Below, one piece after another: positions 27,156 to 39,800 of a stretch of 64,000 nucleotides of DNA (within the stretch, counting starts at the first letter, position 1; every line of letters starts with the position of its first letter). Source of the DNA: an uncultured Paraprevotella sp. (lineage in GTDB: Bacteria; Bacteroidota; Bacteroidia; Bacteroidales; Bacteroidaceae); assembly GCA_964528135.1 (NCBI GenBank), contig CAZGSE010000010.1, positions 108 to 64,107 of the forward strand, in the 5' to 3' direction. Position numbers and translations under genes: made by a program. Below the pieces are notes generated by a model. It was not told the DNA's origin, did no database searches, and saw only the letters and a list, made by a program, of their open reading frames with translations.

Positions 27156-28571
27156 TTATTTGAAGGTGCTGTAAATCACCTGCATCTGTATCCGGTCTGT
27201 GTCACCTCCCACCAGACGGGCACTGCTCAGGCCCATATCGTGTGTCACGCTGACAATGTTGCTGCTGTTGTCTTCGCTGGTTTCCACGGGTATGAGCACC
27301 ACCTTGTTCCAGTCTTCATTCTGCTGTGTCCATTCTTCTGTCGTGATGCCGGCCTCGGCCGCTTCTTTGTTGCGCTCTTTCCGGCAATAGGACACCAGGT
27401 TGCTGATGTTGGAGAACGTATAAGTGTTGTAGCTGCTGTTGAACGACGTGACGTAAGACGTTTCGCTGTCCGGGACATTCCGTTCTTCAAAGAACGTGTA
27501 AATATCCTTTTTGCGTATCATCAGCAGGGTTTGCGGCACATCATAAGCCTCTTCCAACGAGGCTTGCGTGTTGTAGCGGTACAGCGACAACTGTGTCTGG
27601 CTGATGCTGTCGTTGTCGTGCCCCTCGTAAATCTCGTCGATGGGGAGGGTCATTTCCGTGAATACTCCGGCCGGGGTCTTCAGGTAGGTGCACGAGGTTT
27701 CGCCTTCCAGCCACGACTGGAGGGAGTTGTCGTTTTCAATGTAAGTGTTCTGCAACACTTCGGGCGTGGCGGCAAAGCGGCTCATGCCCACATATACCGT
27801 GTCGAGGTCCACATCCTTGTATTTGAAGTAAACGTTCATCGCTCCCACCCACATCTTCACCATCGTGCCGTAGCCGTCGGCCAGCTTGAAATAGAAGCCG
27901 GGGCATACGTGGCGGATAAAGTTGTAGGAGTTTTTGAAGAATTTGCTGTTCTCATAATATTTCCGCATGATGAACGAACCGTATTCCTTGGGCAGCATGA
28001 TGCGGATGTTCGGCGTATAGTCGTCGCTTTCCAGTTCGTCGTCCGAGAGGGTGAAGTCCGTGGCCGTGAACACCTTTTGGGCAATGGGGCCGCTGGCCTG
28101 GCTGTTGATGTAGTACGTCAGGTCGGCGTTGCTGTAATAATTGGAGTCCTCGCGGATGACATTGGCCGTGTCCAGCTCATAGACATCCACCTTCATGGGG
28201 TTGTTGTCGTCCCCGTAATATGTGTCATAGTAGAGCCTGATTTCTATGGAGTCGGCCTGCACTTCTCCGTTCTCATCCTTGATTATCAGGTCATAGTCCG
28301 GAAATTCATAATCTTCCAGCGTGCTGAATTGTGCCAGGAATTCGGCTTTCACCACCAGTTGCGTCTCAGGGTCTGTCATGCGCCCCAGGTAAGAACTGTA
28401 GCTGTTGCTCAGCACCGAGTCTGCCAGTATCGACTGCGTGGAGGCTTCGAAAATGGCCGTGGTGGAACTGATGTTGTCGGAATCCATGTAGATGCCGATG
28501 CTGTTTGTCGTGTCGTCGCATGCCGCAAGGCAGATGCCCAGCAGGGCACAGAGTGGTAGTCGGGTCTTCAT
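27156..28571 (-). CDS. DUF4270-like lipoprotein
   Basis: Lipobox CLAAC after MKTRLPL; YLKTPAG, WNKVVLIPV; follows glgA, an arrangement I recall from other Bacteroidales. Confidence 0.75.
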   Translation of the reverse strand: MKTRLPLCALLGICLAACDDTTNSIGIYMDSDNISSTTAIFEASTQSILADSVLSNSYSSYLGRMTDPETQLVVKAEFLAQFSTLEDYEFPDYDLIIKDENGEVQADSIEIRLYYDTYYGDDNNPMKVDVYELDTANVIREDSNYYSNADLTYYINSQASGPIAQKVFTATDFTLSDDELESDDYTPNIRIMLPKEYGSFIMRKYYENSKFFKNSYNFIRHVCPGFYFKLADGYGTMVKMWVGAMNVYFKYKDVDLDTVYVGMSRFAATPEVLQNTYIENDNSLQSWLEGETSCTYLKTPAGVFTEMTLPIDEIYEGHDNDSISQTQLSLYRYNTQASLEEAYDVPQTLLMIRKKDIYTFFEERNVPDSETSYVTSFNSSYNTYTFSNISNLVSYCRKERNKEAAEAGITTEEWTQQNEDWNKVVLIPVETSEDNSSNIVSVTHDMGLSSARLVGGDTDRIQMQVIYSTFK

Positions 28572-28605
28572 TGTCAGACTGGTAAATGCAGTGTAATATT
28601 GGATT

Positions 28606-29427
28606 TTATTCGTCTTTACCGGCACTCCATACTTTGTCATAGAAGTTGGCGAACGCGTCTGCATCGTTTACGCCGATGTCCCCCAGCACGGGTATGTTCT
28701 TTTCCTGTGCATATTCCACGAAGTCATGGAACCTGTCGGAGTCGGGCACGGTCAGCCCGTCGGAATAGTTGATGGCCAGTTTGTTCAGCTCCTCGAAGGT
28801 TATTTCCGGGCTGAACCCTTCCAGCACCGAACTATCTACCTCGCGGAAAGCCACGCAGTTGCCGAAATTGGCCCCCATGGGGCGTTTCAGGTTTTCTGAT
28901 GATATGGAGTACACGATTTTGCTGTCGCGGAAAGAAGGCTCTTCCTTATAGGCGGTTTTGACGTAAAGGGGGACCAGCGCCGACATCCAGCTCTGGCAGT
29001 GGATTACATCCGGTGTCCACCTCAGCTTTTTTACGGTTTCCAGCACACCGCGTGCGTAGAATATGGCCCGTTCGCCATTGTCTTCATATTCGTTGCCCTC
29101 TTCGTCCGTCGCCATCTGGCGCTTCAGGAAATAGTCGTCGTTGTCGATGAAATATACCTGCATGCGTGCGGACTGTATGGAGGCCACCTTGATGATCAGC
29201 GGGTGGTCCGTGTCGTCGATGATCAGGTTCATTCCGGAGAGGCGGATGACCTCATGCAGTTGGTTGCGGCGTTCGTTGATGTTTCCCCATTTGGGCATGA
29301 ATGTCCTGATTTCCCGTCCTTTCTCTTGTATTGCCTGGGGCAGTTTCCGGCCTAAGGCGGCCAGTCCCGAATCAGGAACGTAAGGCGTCATCTCCTGGGT
29401 GATGAATAGAATTTTTTTAGCCTTCAT
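28606..29427 (-). CDS. glgA: Glycogen/starch synthase N-terminal-domain-only protein (GT5 half)
   Basis: ILFITQEM.PY, IRTFMPKW, VYFIDNDDYF, DVIHCQSW; ends at about 273 aa; -7 element at 29452-29459. Confidence 0.8.
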   Translation of the reverse strand: MKAKKILFITQEMTPYVPDSGLAALGRKLPQAIQEKGREIRTFMPKWGNINERRNQLHEVIRLSGMNLIIDDTDHPLIIKVASIQSARMQVYFIDNDDYFLKRQMATDEEGNEYEDNGERAIFYARGVLETVKKLRWTPDVIHCQSWMSALVPLYVKTAYKEEPSFRDSKIVYSISSENLKRPMGANFGNCVAFREVDSSVLEGFSPEITFEELNKLAINYSDGLTVPDSDRFHDFVEYAQEKNIPVLGDIGVNDADAFANFYDKVWSAGKDE

Positions 29428-29613
29428 TGTCATGTTCGCTTTTTCAGGAGACAAAGATACAAAATAAAGTTGGCATTCATGTCTTTTGGGGCGGTTCAGC
29501 CACTAAACTTTCACATAAATTTTACTATTTATTTGGGGAATGTTTTTGTCATGTGGCATTTTATATGTTATTTTGCAATGTTTTTAGGAATGTTGTTTTA
29601 AAATCAACCAGAC

Positions 29614-30471
29614 ATGAAGTTAATTCATACGATTGAGGATTTGCGACGTGAATTGGCCGTGCTGCGCACGGAAGGTAAAAAGATTGGATTGGTGCCCACG
29701 ATGGGGGCGTTGCACGACGGTCATGCTTCGTTGGTAAGGCGCAGCGTGGCGGAGAACGGCGCGACGGTGGTCAGTGTGTTCCTGAACCCCACACAGTTTA
29801 ACGACAAGACAGATTTGGAGAAATATCCGCGCACGCTCGATGCGGACTGCGCGTTGCTGGAAGCATGTGGGGCGGATGTCGCTTTCGCCCCTTCGGTGGA
29901 CGAGATGTACCCGGAGCCGGACACGCGCGTGTTCAGTTATCCCCCGTTGGACACGGTGATGGAGGGGGCCTACCGTCCCGGCCATTTCAATGGCGTGTGC
30001 CAGATCGTGAGCAAGCTCTTTGCGGCCGTGGAGCCGGACCGGGCCTATTTCGGCGAGAAAGACTTCCAGCAGGTGGCGGTGGTCCGTGCCATGGTGAAGG
30101 ACTTGAAGATGCGGGTGGAGATTGTGCCCTGCCCCGTGGTGAGGGAACAGAGCGGGCTGGCCATGAGCAGCCGCAACGCGCTGCTCACCGATGCCGAGCG
30201 TGCCGTGGCGGCCAACATATACAAGGTGCTTTCGAAGAGCCTCAACTTTGCCACGAACCACACGTTGAAAGAAACACAGCGCTATGTGAAAGACGCGTTG
30301 AACGCCATTGTGGGGCTGGAGGTGCAGTATTTTTCCATCGTGGACGGCGACACGCTGCAGGAAGTGGGGCAGTGGTCGGATGCTGATTATATCGTGGGGT
30401 GCATCACCGTGTTCTGCGGAAGCCAGCCCGTCCGGCTGATAGACCATATAAAATATAAAGGACAGGAATAG
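29614..30471 (+). CDS. panC: Pantoate-beta-alanine ligase
   Basis: VPTMGALHDGH, FLNPTQF, RPGHFNGV, FGEKDFQQ, GLAMSSRN, RLIDH. Confidence 0.97.
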   Translation: MKLIHTIEDLRRELAVLRTEGKKIGLVPTMGALHDGHASLVRRSVAENGATVVSVFLNPTQFNDKTDLEKYPRTLDADCALLEACGADVAFAPSVDEMYPEPDTRVFSYPPLDTVMEGAYRPGHFNGVCQIVSKLFAAVEPDRAYFGEKDFQQVAVVRAMVKDLKMRVEIVPCPVVREQSGLAMSSRNALLTDAERAVAANIYKVLSKSLNFATNHTLKETQRYVKDALNAIVGLEVQYFSIVDGDTLQEVGQWSDADYIVGCITVFCGSQPVRLIDHIKYKGQE

Positions 30472-30489
30472 AAGCAAAAAGAGAAGATT

Positions 30490-30843
30490 ATGATGATTCA
30501 AGTGTTGAAGTCGAAGTTGCACTGCGTACGTGTGACGGAGGCCAATCTGAATTACATGGGGAGCATCACCATCGACGAGGAGTTGATGGAAGCCGCCAAC
30601 CTGATTGTCGGCGAAAAGGTGCAAATCGTGAACAACAACAACGGCGAGCGTTTTGAAACCTATGTCATCAAGGGCGAGCGCGGGTCGGGGTGCATCTGCC
30701 TGAATGGAGCGGCAGCCCGTAAGGTGCAGGTGGGCGACATTTGCATCATCATCTCGTATGCCCTGATGGATTTTGAGGAAGCCCGTACTTTCAAGCCCGT
30801 TGTGGTGTTCCCCGACATGCTGACCAACCGGCTCGTGCGCTGA
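30490..30843 (+). CDS. panD: Aspartate 1-decarboxylase
   Basis: [13 protein letters not shown] (G-S cleavage site), [15 protein letters not shown]. Confidence 0.97.
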   Translation: MMIQVLKSKLHCVRVTEANLNYMGSITIDEELMEAANLIVGEKVQIVNNNNGERFETYVIKGERGSGCICLNGAAARKVQVGDICIIISYALMDFEEARTFKPVVVFPDMLTNRLVR

Positions 30844-30917
30844 GCGGTTGCCGCGCACGGGGTGTTGCGGGGCGTGGGTGCAGGCGGTTTTTCCCCTTTC
30901 CGGAAACGTGGGGGCGT

Positions 30918-30976
30918 AATGCGCAAGGCGGTGGCCGTCCTTGCGCATTGCGCCCTCTCTTTTTGCGCAAGGCCGG
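30918..30976. repeat. GC-rich TGCGCA-core palindromic element, copy 1
   Basis: AATGCGCAAGG...CCTTGCGCATT inverted repeat plus TTTGCGCAAGG. Confidence 0.6.
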
Positions 30977-31100
30977 AGGGCCGCATCCGGAGGGCGTCCG
31001 TGCGGGAGCCTGCCTGCGGGGAATACAGGGGGATAAGGCAAGAGCCGCCTCCGGGGAGCATCCTCCGGAAGCGGCTCTTGCCTGTGCGGTGTGAGACGGC

Positions 31101-31556
31101 TTATCTCAGCCTGTCCAGCGAACGGACGATGAATTCATCCTTCAGGATGGCCCGGAACGCCAGGTATTCCAGAATCAGGGCCACGGCCGGGAAAGCCGTT
31201 GTCCAGTTGAGGGTGAAGTCTGCACCGTAGCGGCCCTTGAAGTTGTGTACGAATATTGCCAGCACGATGTAGTAGCCTATCAGGACCAGTCCGCCGAACA
31301 CGGTGAAACGCACTTGCAGCATGCGGCGTTTGAACAGGAATATACCCCCCAGCGCAGAGGCCGTGACCAGCATCAGCATGGCGAACAACGCCCAGGGCGA
31401 GAACACATGTTTCCCGTTGGCCAAAGTGAGCCACAGGTTGTAGAACTCTGCCGTCGTGGTGCCGTCCTGGTGGAAGTGGCCCACGGGCGTGCACAGCCCG
31501 ACAACCGCACATACCGCTACCAGCAGGAGGTAAACCGTTTGGATTCTTTGAATCAT
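31101..31556 (-). CDS. DUF4293-like membrane protein
   Basis: MIQRIQTVYLLL start, four hydrophobic segments, ILKDEFIVRSLDRLR end. Confidence 0.85.
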   Translation of the reverse strand: MIQRIQTVYLLLVAVCAVVGLCTPVGHFHQDGTTTAEFYNLWLTLANGKHVFSPWALFAMLMLVTASALGGIFLFKRRMLQVRFTVFGGLVLIGYYIVLAIFVHNFKGRYGADFTLNWTTAFPAVALILEYLAFRAILKDEFIVRSLDRLR

Positions 31557-31582
31557 GGGATTATACTGAATGCCGTTGGGGA

Positions 31583-31927
31583 TTATCCGCCGATCTCGAC
31601 GTCGTCTTTCTCTTTCAGCGGGTTGCGGAAGTAGATTTTGTCTTCGATGAATTCCTGCGTGGCGATCAGCGTGGGCTTGGGCAGCTTTTCATAGAAACGC
31701 GAGATTTCTATCTGCTCGCGGTTTTCGAACACCTCGTCCAGGTTGTCGCTCACGGAGGCGAACTCCTGCAGTTTCTTGGACAGTTCGTTCTTGATTTCCT
31801 GCGAAATCTGGTTGGCCCGCTTGCCGATGATGGCCACGCTCTCGTAGATGTTGCCGGTCCTGTCGCAAAGGTCCATGATGTTGCGGGTCACGGTGTTCGT
31901 AGGTGCATTCGTTTTCTTGTAATCCAT
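31583..31927 (-). CDS. rpoZ: RNA polymerase omega subunit (Bacteroidetes type)
   Basis: TGNIYESVAIIGKRANQI...YEKLPKPTLIA; lies between bamD and the DUF4293-like gene. Confidence 0.85.
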   Translation of the reverse strand: MDYKKTNAPTNTVTRNIMDLCDRTGNIYESVAIIGKRANQISQEIKNELSKKLQEFASVSDNLDEVFENREQIEISRFYEKLPKPTLIATQEFIEDKIYFRNPLKEKDDVEIGG

Positions 31928-31962
31928 AATTATACGATAGTTGTTTTGTTTGTTTCCTGTGC

Positions 31963-32796
31963 TTATGATTTTCCGTTGACAAACTTCTCTGATTGCACGA
32001 AGATGCGCTGGGCATCTTTCAGGTATTTCGACTCCGGGTATTCGTTCACAAAGCCGTAATACTCGTCGATGGTGTCCCTGTAGCGTTCCAGCCGTTTGGC
32101 TTCCACGCTCTGTTGCGCCAGCTGGAATTTGGCACGCAGTATCATGATGGAAAATTCCTCCCGGCGCTGCGGGCTGGCATAGGGGAAGTCCAGCAGGGCG
32201 TTGCGCGCGGTGGTGATGCAAGCCTCATAGTTGCTGCCCCCGAAGGAACAGTTGTTCATGTAGGAACCCAGCTCGAAATACAGCTTGGCGGCGTTGTATT
32301 CCTTCTCCACCAACTTGTCCTGCAGGTTGAAAATCATCTCCTGTGCGCGGTCTTTCAGGCTGGTGTAGGGGTAATAGTCCAGGAAATCCTGGAACTCTTT
32401 CACGGCCGTCAGCGTGTTGCTCTGGTCCAGCCGCGTGTCGGGCACGCTTTCATACAGGGCACGGCCTGCATAGAAACGTGCGTATTCCACATAAGTGCCC
32501 TTGGGATAGGACTGGTAATATTTCTTGAAATAAGAATAGGCCGCATCGTAGTGCCCGTTGCTGAATTCGGACATGGCCAGCATGTACAGCGACTCTTCGG
32601 CGCGCAATGTCCCTTTCAGGATGGTGACCAAGTCTGTCAGCAGGGTGGCCGCACGGGTATATTGCCCCTTGACGAAATATTCTTTTGCCGCTTCGTACTT
32701 GTATTCATAGTCTGCGGTTTTCAATACGTTGTTGTACTGGTTGCAGGAAGCCAGCAGCAAAAGTGTGCCCGACAGCATTACAGGAATCCGTTTCAT
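31963..32796 (-). CDS. bamD: Outer membrane assembly lipoprotein BamD
   Basis: Lipobox LLASC, TPR helices, LDQSNT..A..FQ.FLDYYP; -7 element at 32814-32821. Confidence 0.9.
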   Translation of the reverse strand: MKRIPVMLSGTLLLLASCNQYNNVLKTADYEYKYEAAKEYFVKGQYTRAATLLTDLVTILKGTLRAEESLYMLAMSEFSNGHYDAAYSYFKKYYQSYPKGTYVEYARFYAGRALYESVPDTRLDQSNTLTAVKEFQDFLDYYPYTSLKDRAQEMIFNLQDKLVEKEYNAAKLYFELGSYMNNCSFGGSNYEACITTARNALLDFPYASPQRREEFSIMILRAKFQLAQQSVEAKRLERYRDTIDEYYGFVNEYPESKYLKDAQRIFVQSEKFVNGKS

Positions 32797-32945
32797 ATTG
32801 TGCGATTGAATTGCAAAAGTATGGATTTTCGGTGAGTCCTGCAAAGGTAAAAGCGTTTTTTTAATGTGAAAAAGCGTCATAAGTCCTCATGTTATAGATA
32901 AAAGCTGTATTTTTGTATCCCGAAGTGTTTTTGGCTCATACCATC

Positions 32946-34967
<2,022 letters not shown>

Positions 34968-34977
34968 GGCTCCCGCT

Positions 34978-35715
34978 TCAGAACTCCCATTTGCAGGCTA
35001 TGGTGGGAATGGCGTAGAAACGGTTGTTCTGCCCGGTTTCGGTATATACGAAGTTGTTGCTGATTTCCACCTCTGTGCCGATGCTCAGCTTGAAGTCATC
35101 GCTCACCTTCCTGAGCGGGGCCAAGTGGAACCAGAACTGCGGTTCGGACAGCAGGATGAGGTTACCGTTGACCGTATTGTCGTACCACAAGTCTATGAAG
35201 CCGCTGAACGTGCACAGTCCTTTGGCGAAATGGTTCCGCCACACGCCGGTCAGCTGCCAGCTGTGGCAGTAGGCACCTTTCTTGGCCAGATACTTGTACA
35301 TGGCCTGCGCGGAGAAGCCCTTGCCGAAGTCCGTGCTGTTCCAGTTGTAGGCCGCTCCGGCCAGATAGGCGTCCCCGAAGGCATAGCCGTCCCCCTTGCC
35401 TGTGCCGTAACTCAGGCCGCCGTTGTATTCTACGTGCAGGGCCACGGGCATCCTGCGGGTCTGGATTTCCCGCGAAAACTCCCCGTAGGCTCCCCGCAGG
35501 GCATTGTCGCCGAAGTCGGCGTCGATGAAGAAATAAGTGCTTCCCCACTTGTCGGCGGAGAAATTCTCAACGGTTGCTGTCAGGTGCTGGCGTGAGGAAA
35601 TCTGGTTGCCATACATCCCATGACCCAGGTCGTAATGTAACTGGACGTTGAGTTGCGCAAGGCATCTGCCTGCCATCAGGCACAGTGCCCCGGCATAAAA
35701 AAATCTTTTATCCAT
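34978..35715 (-). CDS. DUF5020-like / Tsx-like outer membrane channel
   Basis: Signal peptide; NVQLHYD, DKWGSTYFFID, EPQFW; ends KWEF; -7 element at 35742-35749. Confidence 0.75.
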   Translation of the reverse strand: MDKRFFYAGALCLMAGRCLAQLNVQLHYDLGHGMYGNQISSRQHLTATVENFSADKWGSTYFFIDADFGDNALRGAYGEFSREIQTRRMPVALHVEYNGGLSYGTGKGDGYAFGDAYLAGAAYNWNSTDFGKGFSAQAMYKYLAKKGAYCHSWQLTGVWRNHFAKGLCTFSGFIDLWYDNTVNGNLILLSEPQFWFHLAPLRKVSDDFKLSIGTEVEISNNFVYTETGQNNRFYAIPTIACKWEF

Positions 35716-35877
35716 TACTTTTGATTTTAGAAAAACGCCTGCAAATTTAAGCAAAAACCTTTGCTTCCGGGAGTGTGCACCCGAAGAAAGGATAGCCCGG
35801 TGGCGGACCTTCCGTCAGGATCCCGGATTTGCTGGCTTTTTCTGCTCATGACGGAGCAGGGGAGGGCGGGAGTAAAG

Positions 35878-35914
35878 CCCTGAAAGGCCGGGTTGTATGG
35901 CCGGGCCTTTCAGG
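35878..35914 (-). terminator. Hairpin at the 3' end of the DUF4738-like gene
   Basis: CCTGAAAGGCC / GGCCTTTCAGG stem. Confidence 0.5.
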
Positions 35915-36485
35915 CGGCAGGTTCTGCGTGGGTGTCGGACGCGGTGCTGTCTTCTTCCACCACATTGTCCAGTATCTCGTCTTTTGCCACGCTATATGTG
36001 CCATTGTGGTGCACGGTGAGCAGCAGGGGGACGTAGAGGTCCGATGTGGGATAACCCACGCTGACGGAGAAGCGCAACCCTTCGGGGGTGGCACGGTCGA
36101 ATGCCATGCCGTCCAGTATGGCATGTGGCAGGAACTTGGAGTCCACCCATTCCCTGAAATCATTTTTCGTGAATGCCCGGTTGAAAATCTGTTGTCCCTC
36201 GCGGTTCACGCGCAGGCGGATATAATTGTCGGCAAAGCGTTCGTTGCCGTCGCCTTTTACGGGCGGCAGGGTGTCGTTGGCTTCGCGCACGATGTCATAG
36301 GCATACGACACGCCGTCCGTTTTCACTTCTGCACTGTAGTGGTAGTCTTTCATTTCCTGTATGGCACTTGTTGTGTCCGGCTTTTCGTATTCGGCATAGC
36401 CTTGGGCCTGTTGTGTCTTCTGTTGGCAACCGCAACATAAAAGCAGGCAACCGATAAGTCCGAATGTTTTGATGTGTGTTTGCAT
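35910..36485 (-). CDS. DUF4738-like lipoprotein
   Basis: Lipobox LCCGC; FADNYIRLRV..IF.RAFTKNDF, ILDGMAFD. Confidence 0.7.
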   Translation of the reverse strand: MQTHIKTFGLIGCLLLCCGCQQKTQQAQGYAEYEKPDTTSAIQEMKDYHYSAEVKTDGVSYAYDIVREANDTLPPVKGDGNERFADNYIRLRVNREGQQIFNRAFTKNDFREWVDSKFLPHAILDGMAFDRATPEGLRFSVSVGYPTSDLYVPLLLTVHHNGTYSVAKDEILDNVVEEDSTASDTHAEPAA

Positions 36486-36870
36486 GTCTTTTACCATAAG
36501 TGTTACACAAAGGAATAAAAAAAAGACGAGTTGGCCAAGGAAGTTTATTTATAATTTCATCTGTTTTTTATTGTGGGTTAAGGGGCAAATGTTTATCTTT
36601 GGATGGTTCGAAGCCCGGAGACGTGAGGAGCGGTTCCTTGCGGGGCCGCTGCAGCCACCCTGTTTGGGGCATGCGTTTGCCGTGGCGGTGCAGGGGAGGA
36701 GGGACGGCTTTTTCCGTCGTGGACGCCTTGCCGCCCGTCGTGCGGGCGGGAGAGTGTGCGCGGCCTGCACGGCCGGAGAGTGTGCGCAGGCCGCTGTTCC
36801 GGACTTGGCTTGCGCATGGCGGAGGCACATTTGTGGGATGGACAGTTCTTTAAATCTGATTTCAATAATT

Positions 36871-39800
36871 ATGGTGAAACGTTTCTTTTACTTCAAGACA
36901 TGGCTGTGGGCGGCCGCTTTGGGCGTCTGCGGCACAACGGCGGCGGCAGAAACCGGTCCGCTGGTGAGTTATTCATTCGAGATGTCCGGACAGACCGATG
37001 ACAGCGGGACCTATCCGTTCAAACTGGTGGACGGCGCAATGGTGCTGTCCACGGACGACGGCAACCGTGTGCTCTCCACCGGCACGGCCAACGGCTACCT
37101 GGATTTGGGGGCCGCGCTGGGGGCGGATGTCCTTTCGTCCCTCAACGGGGACTACACCATTTCCCTGGACCTTTGCATCGGGCAGGACAACGCCCTGGAC
37201 AGCTATGCGTGGGCGTGGGCCTTCACCGACGGGACCGACCGTTACCTGGGACTGGTCAATGCGGCCGGCAATGGCGACTGGTACTACGAGATCAAGGATG
37301 GCAGCGCGCAGAGCGTGCACTCTTATTGCGGGCTTTCGGCCGACGAGTGGCATACGGTGACCGTGGTGCAGCAGGACGGTACCTGCACCTACTATCTGGA
37401 CGGAGAGGCGGTGGGAACCTATGCGCTCACGTTGCAGCCGTCGGATTTCGCCTCGTCCCTGCAGGACAACTACCTGGGGCGTTCGCCGTTTGCGGCGGAT
37501 GCCTACATGCAGAACACGCTGATGGACAACTTCCGGGTTTACGGCCACGCGCTGACGGCCGATGAGGTGGCCGGGCTGTATGACGCACGTCCGGCGTCTG
37601 CCACCGTGGTGATGGGCGTGGCAGACATGCTGGAGGTGGACCGCAACGACCTCTATCTGGCGCAGGCGGCGCGCTATATCCACAGGCAGCTGGAGCTGCC
37701 CACGGCCTGTACGTACGGGACGGTGGAATGGGAGTTCACGCCAAACGGGGACAACAGCGTGCAGTTCACGTATGCGGACGGCGTGTTCACGGTGGAGAGC
37801 CGCACGGACCAGCCGGTGGCGGTGGGTGAGCTGAACGGCCGGATAACCTATGACGGGACGACCTGTATGCTCTTCGACGAGCCGGTGACGGTGACGGTGG
37901 CACCGGACGATGAGGCCTATGGCTATCTGTATTGCCACATGCCGAACCTGGTGCCGCAGACCGGCGAGGGCACGCTCGTCTCGCAAGTCATCACCTATGC
38001 CCTGGGGACGGAAGAAGACCTGGGGCTGGTGTTCAACGAACTGAACCGGGGAGCCAGCATCATCGACGGCATAGGCACGGAGCTGCCCTGGTGCCGCGAC
38101 GCCTTCATGGCCAAGGACAAGAAACGCAAATGCTATTATATCGTGACCACAGACCTTTATGGCTCGCGCGACGGGGGGACGAGCATGCTGGAGAATTATT
38201 CCATCGGCATGTTCCGCAGTTACGACCTGATAAACTGGACCTATACCCGCTGCGACATGAAGGAGTATCTGTCCGCCAATCCCGTGACGGACATCTATGA
38301 CAACACGGGCACGCAGCTGCTCACGGCCGACAAGGTGAGCCGTGTGTGGGCGCCGCAGGTGATTTTCCTCGACGGCGACCCCTACATCTACTACGCCATG
38401 GGGAACACGGACAACGGGGACTGCGACCACTTCTACATCTCGAAAGCCAACGAGGACTTTACGGGCATCACGTCTTTCCAGATGCTTTACGGCGCCAACC
38501 GGCAGGACAACGTGCTGGATGCCGACATCAACTATCTGGAGACCGACGGGCTGTACCACATGTCCTACCGCGACTATGCGGCCGGCGGCATACTGGACAT
38601 CACGACGGAAGACCTGCTGAACCCGGAGTGGAGCACGCCTGTGTCGTCATTCCAGGACGGAAACGGGTATGAGGCATCCAGCGTGTTCCGGCGTATCAAC
38701 GATGACGTGTGGAACGTGGGCAACGTCAATTACGGCGACAACATCGGTTATCATTTCCATACGGCCGATGCCCTGTTGCGCAACCTGCAGACGGCACCGG
38801 ACATGTCGGGCCACCTGTCGCCGCAGCACGGTTCGTTCGTGCATGTGACGCAGACGGAATACGAACTGTTGCAGACGTGGAGCGACCTGAAAGCCCTGAT
38901 AGCCGACGGCAGTACGCTGGCCTTGTCTGCGCCGGACGGCGGCGAAGCCCTGAATGCCCTGATAGAAAAGGCCGAGGGTGACATCACGGCTGACCGTGGC
39001 GCGGAAACCGACCTGTCAGCCCTGCTGGCCTTGTTGCAGGAAGATTTTGTCCGCCTGCGGGCGCGGGTGCGCCTGGAGCGTGCCTTGGCCGAGGCGCGTG
39101 CCGCCAACCTGTGTGGCGACGAGGGACGCGAAGGCCTGATGGACGCCCATTACAATGACGGGAAACTGACAGCGGCCCTGTCCGATGCGCTGGAGGCCGG
39201 CGAGGGGGACGATGAGGCTTTGTGGGCCACGTCGGCAACGGCCTTGTCGGAGGCCACGGCATCCTATTTCCGCACGCTGGTGGGACGGGGGACGGCTGTG
39301 GAGGTCAGGAACGGCACCTTCGACAACGGCACGACGCGCTGGACGGTGAACGGCACGGTGAACACGTCCGACGGCGTGGCCGAGTTCTTCGCCCTGCGTA
39401 CCGTGGACTATTCCGCGTCTATCCGCCAGGTGCAGCGCAGCTTGTCCGAAGGCTATTATGTGGTGAAGTGCCAGGCCTTTGAGCGCAACGGGGAGAACGA
39501 CCATACGGGGCGCGACTGCAGCGAGGGCGTGGAGCAGATACACTATGAGTTTGTGGCCAATGATGCCGCCGTTCCGGTGCGTTCCCTGTACGAACTGCCT
39601 TATGAGGGTGACGGCGCGCTGTATGGGTTCGCCAACACGATGGCGGCTGCCAATGCGCTGTTCTCGGCATCGGAGGACAATTACGCCTGCTGGCTGCTGG
39701 TGTATGTCGATGGCACGCGCATCAACCTCGGTTTGCAGCGTACGGAGGAGTCCACCGTCACTTCCTCCGAGTGGTGCTGTTTCGACAATTTCGAGGTTTA

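Noticed and set aside
35716-35910. Purine-type riboswitch ahead of the Tsx-like channel
   Set aside because: The -7 element at 35742-35749 leaves only a very short leader; no aptamer consensus seen
36608-36630. AAGCCCGGAGACG resembling the 3' end of a cobalamin riboswitch
   Set aside because: The required upstream core (GGGAA..GGTG..AATCC..ACTGT) is absent and the downstream gene is unrelated to B12
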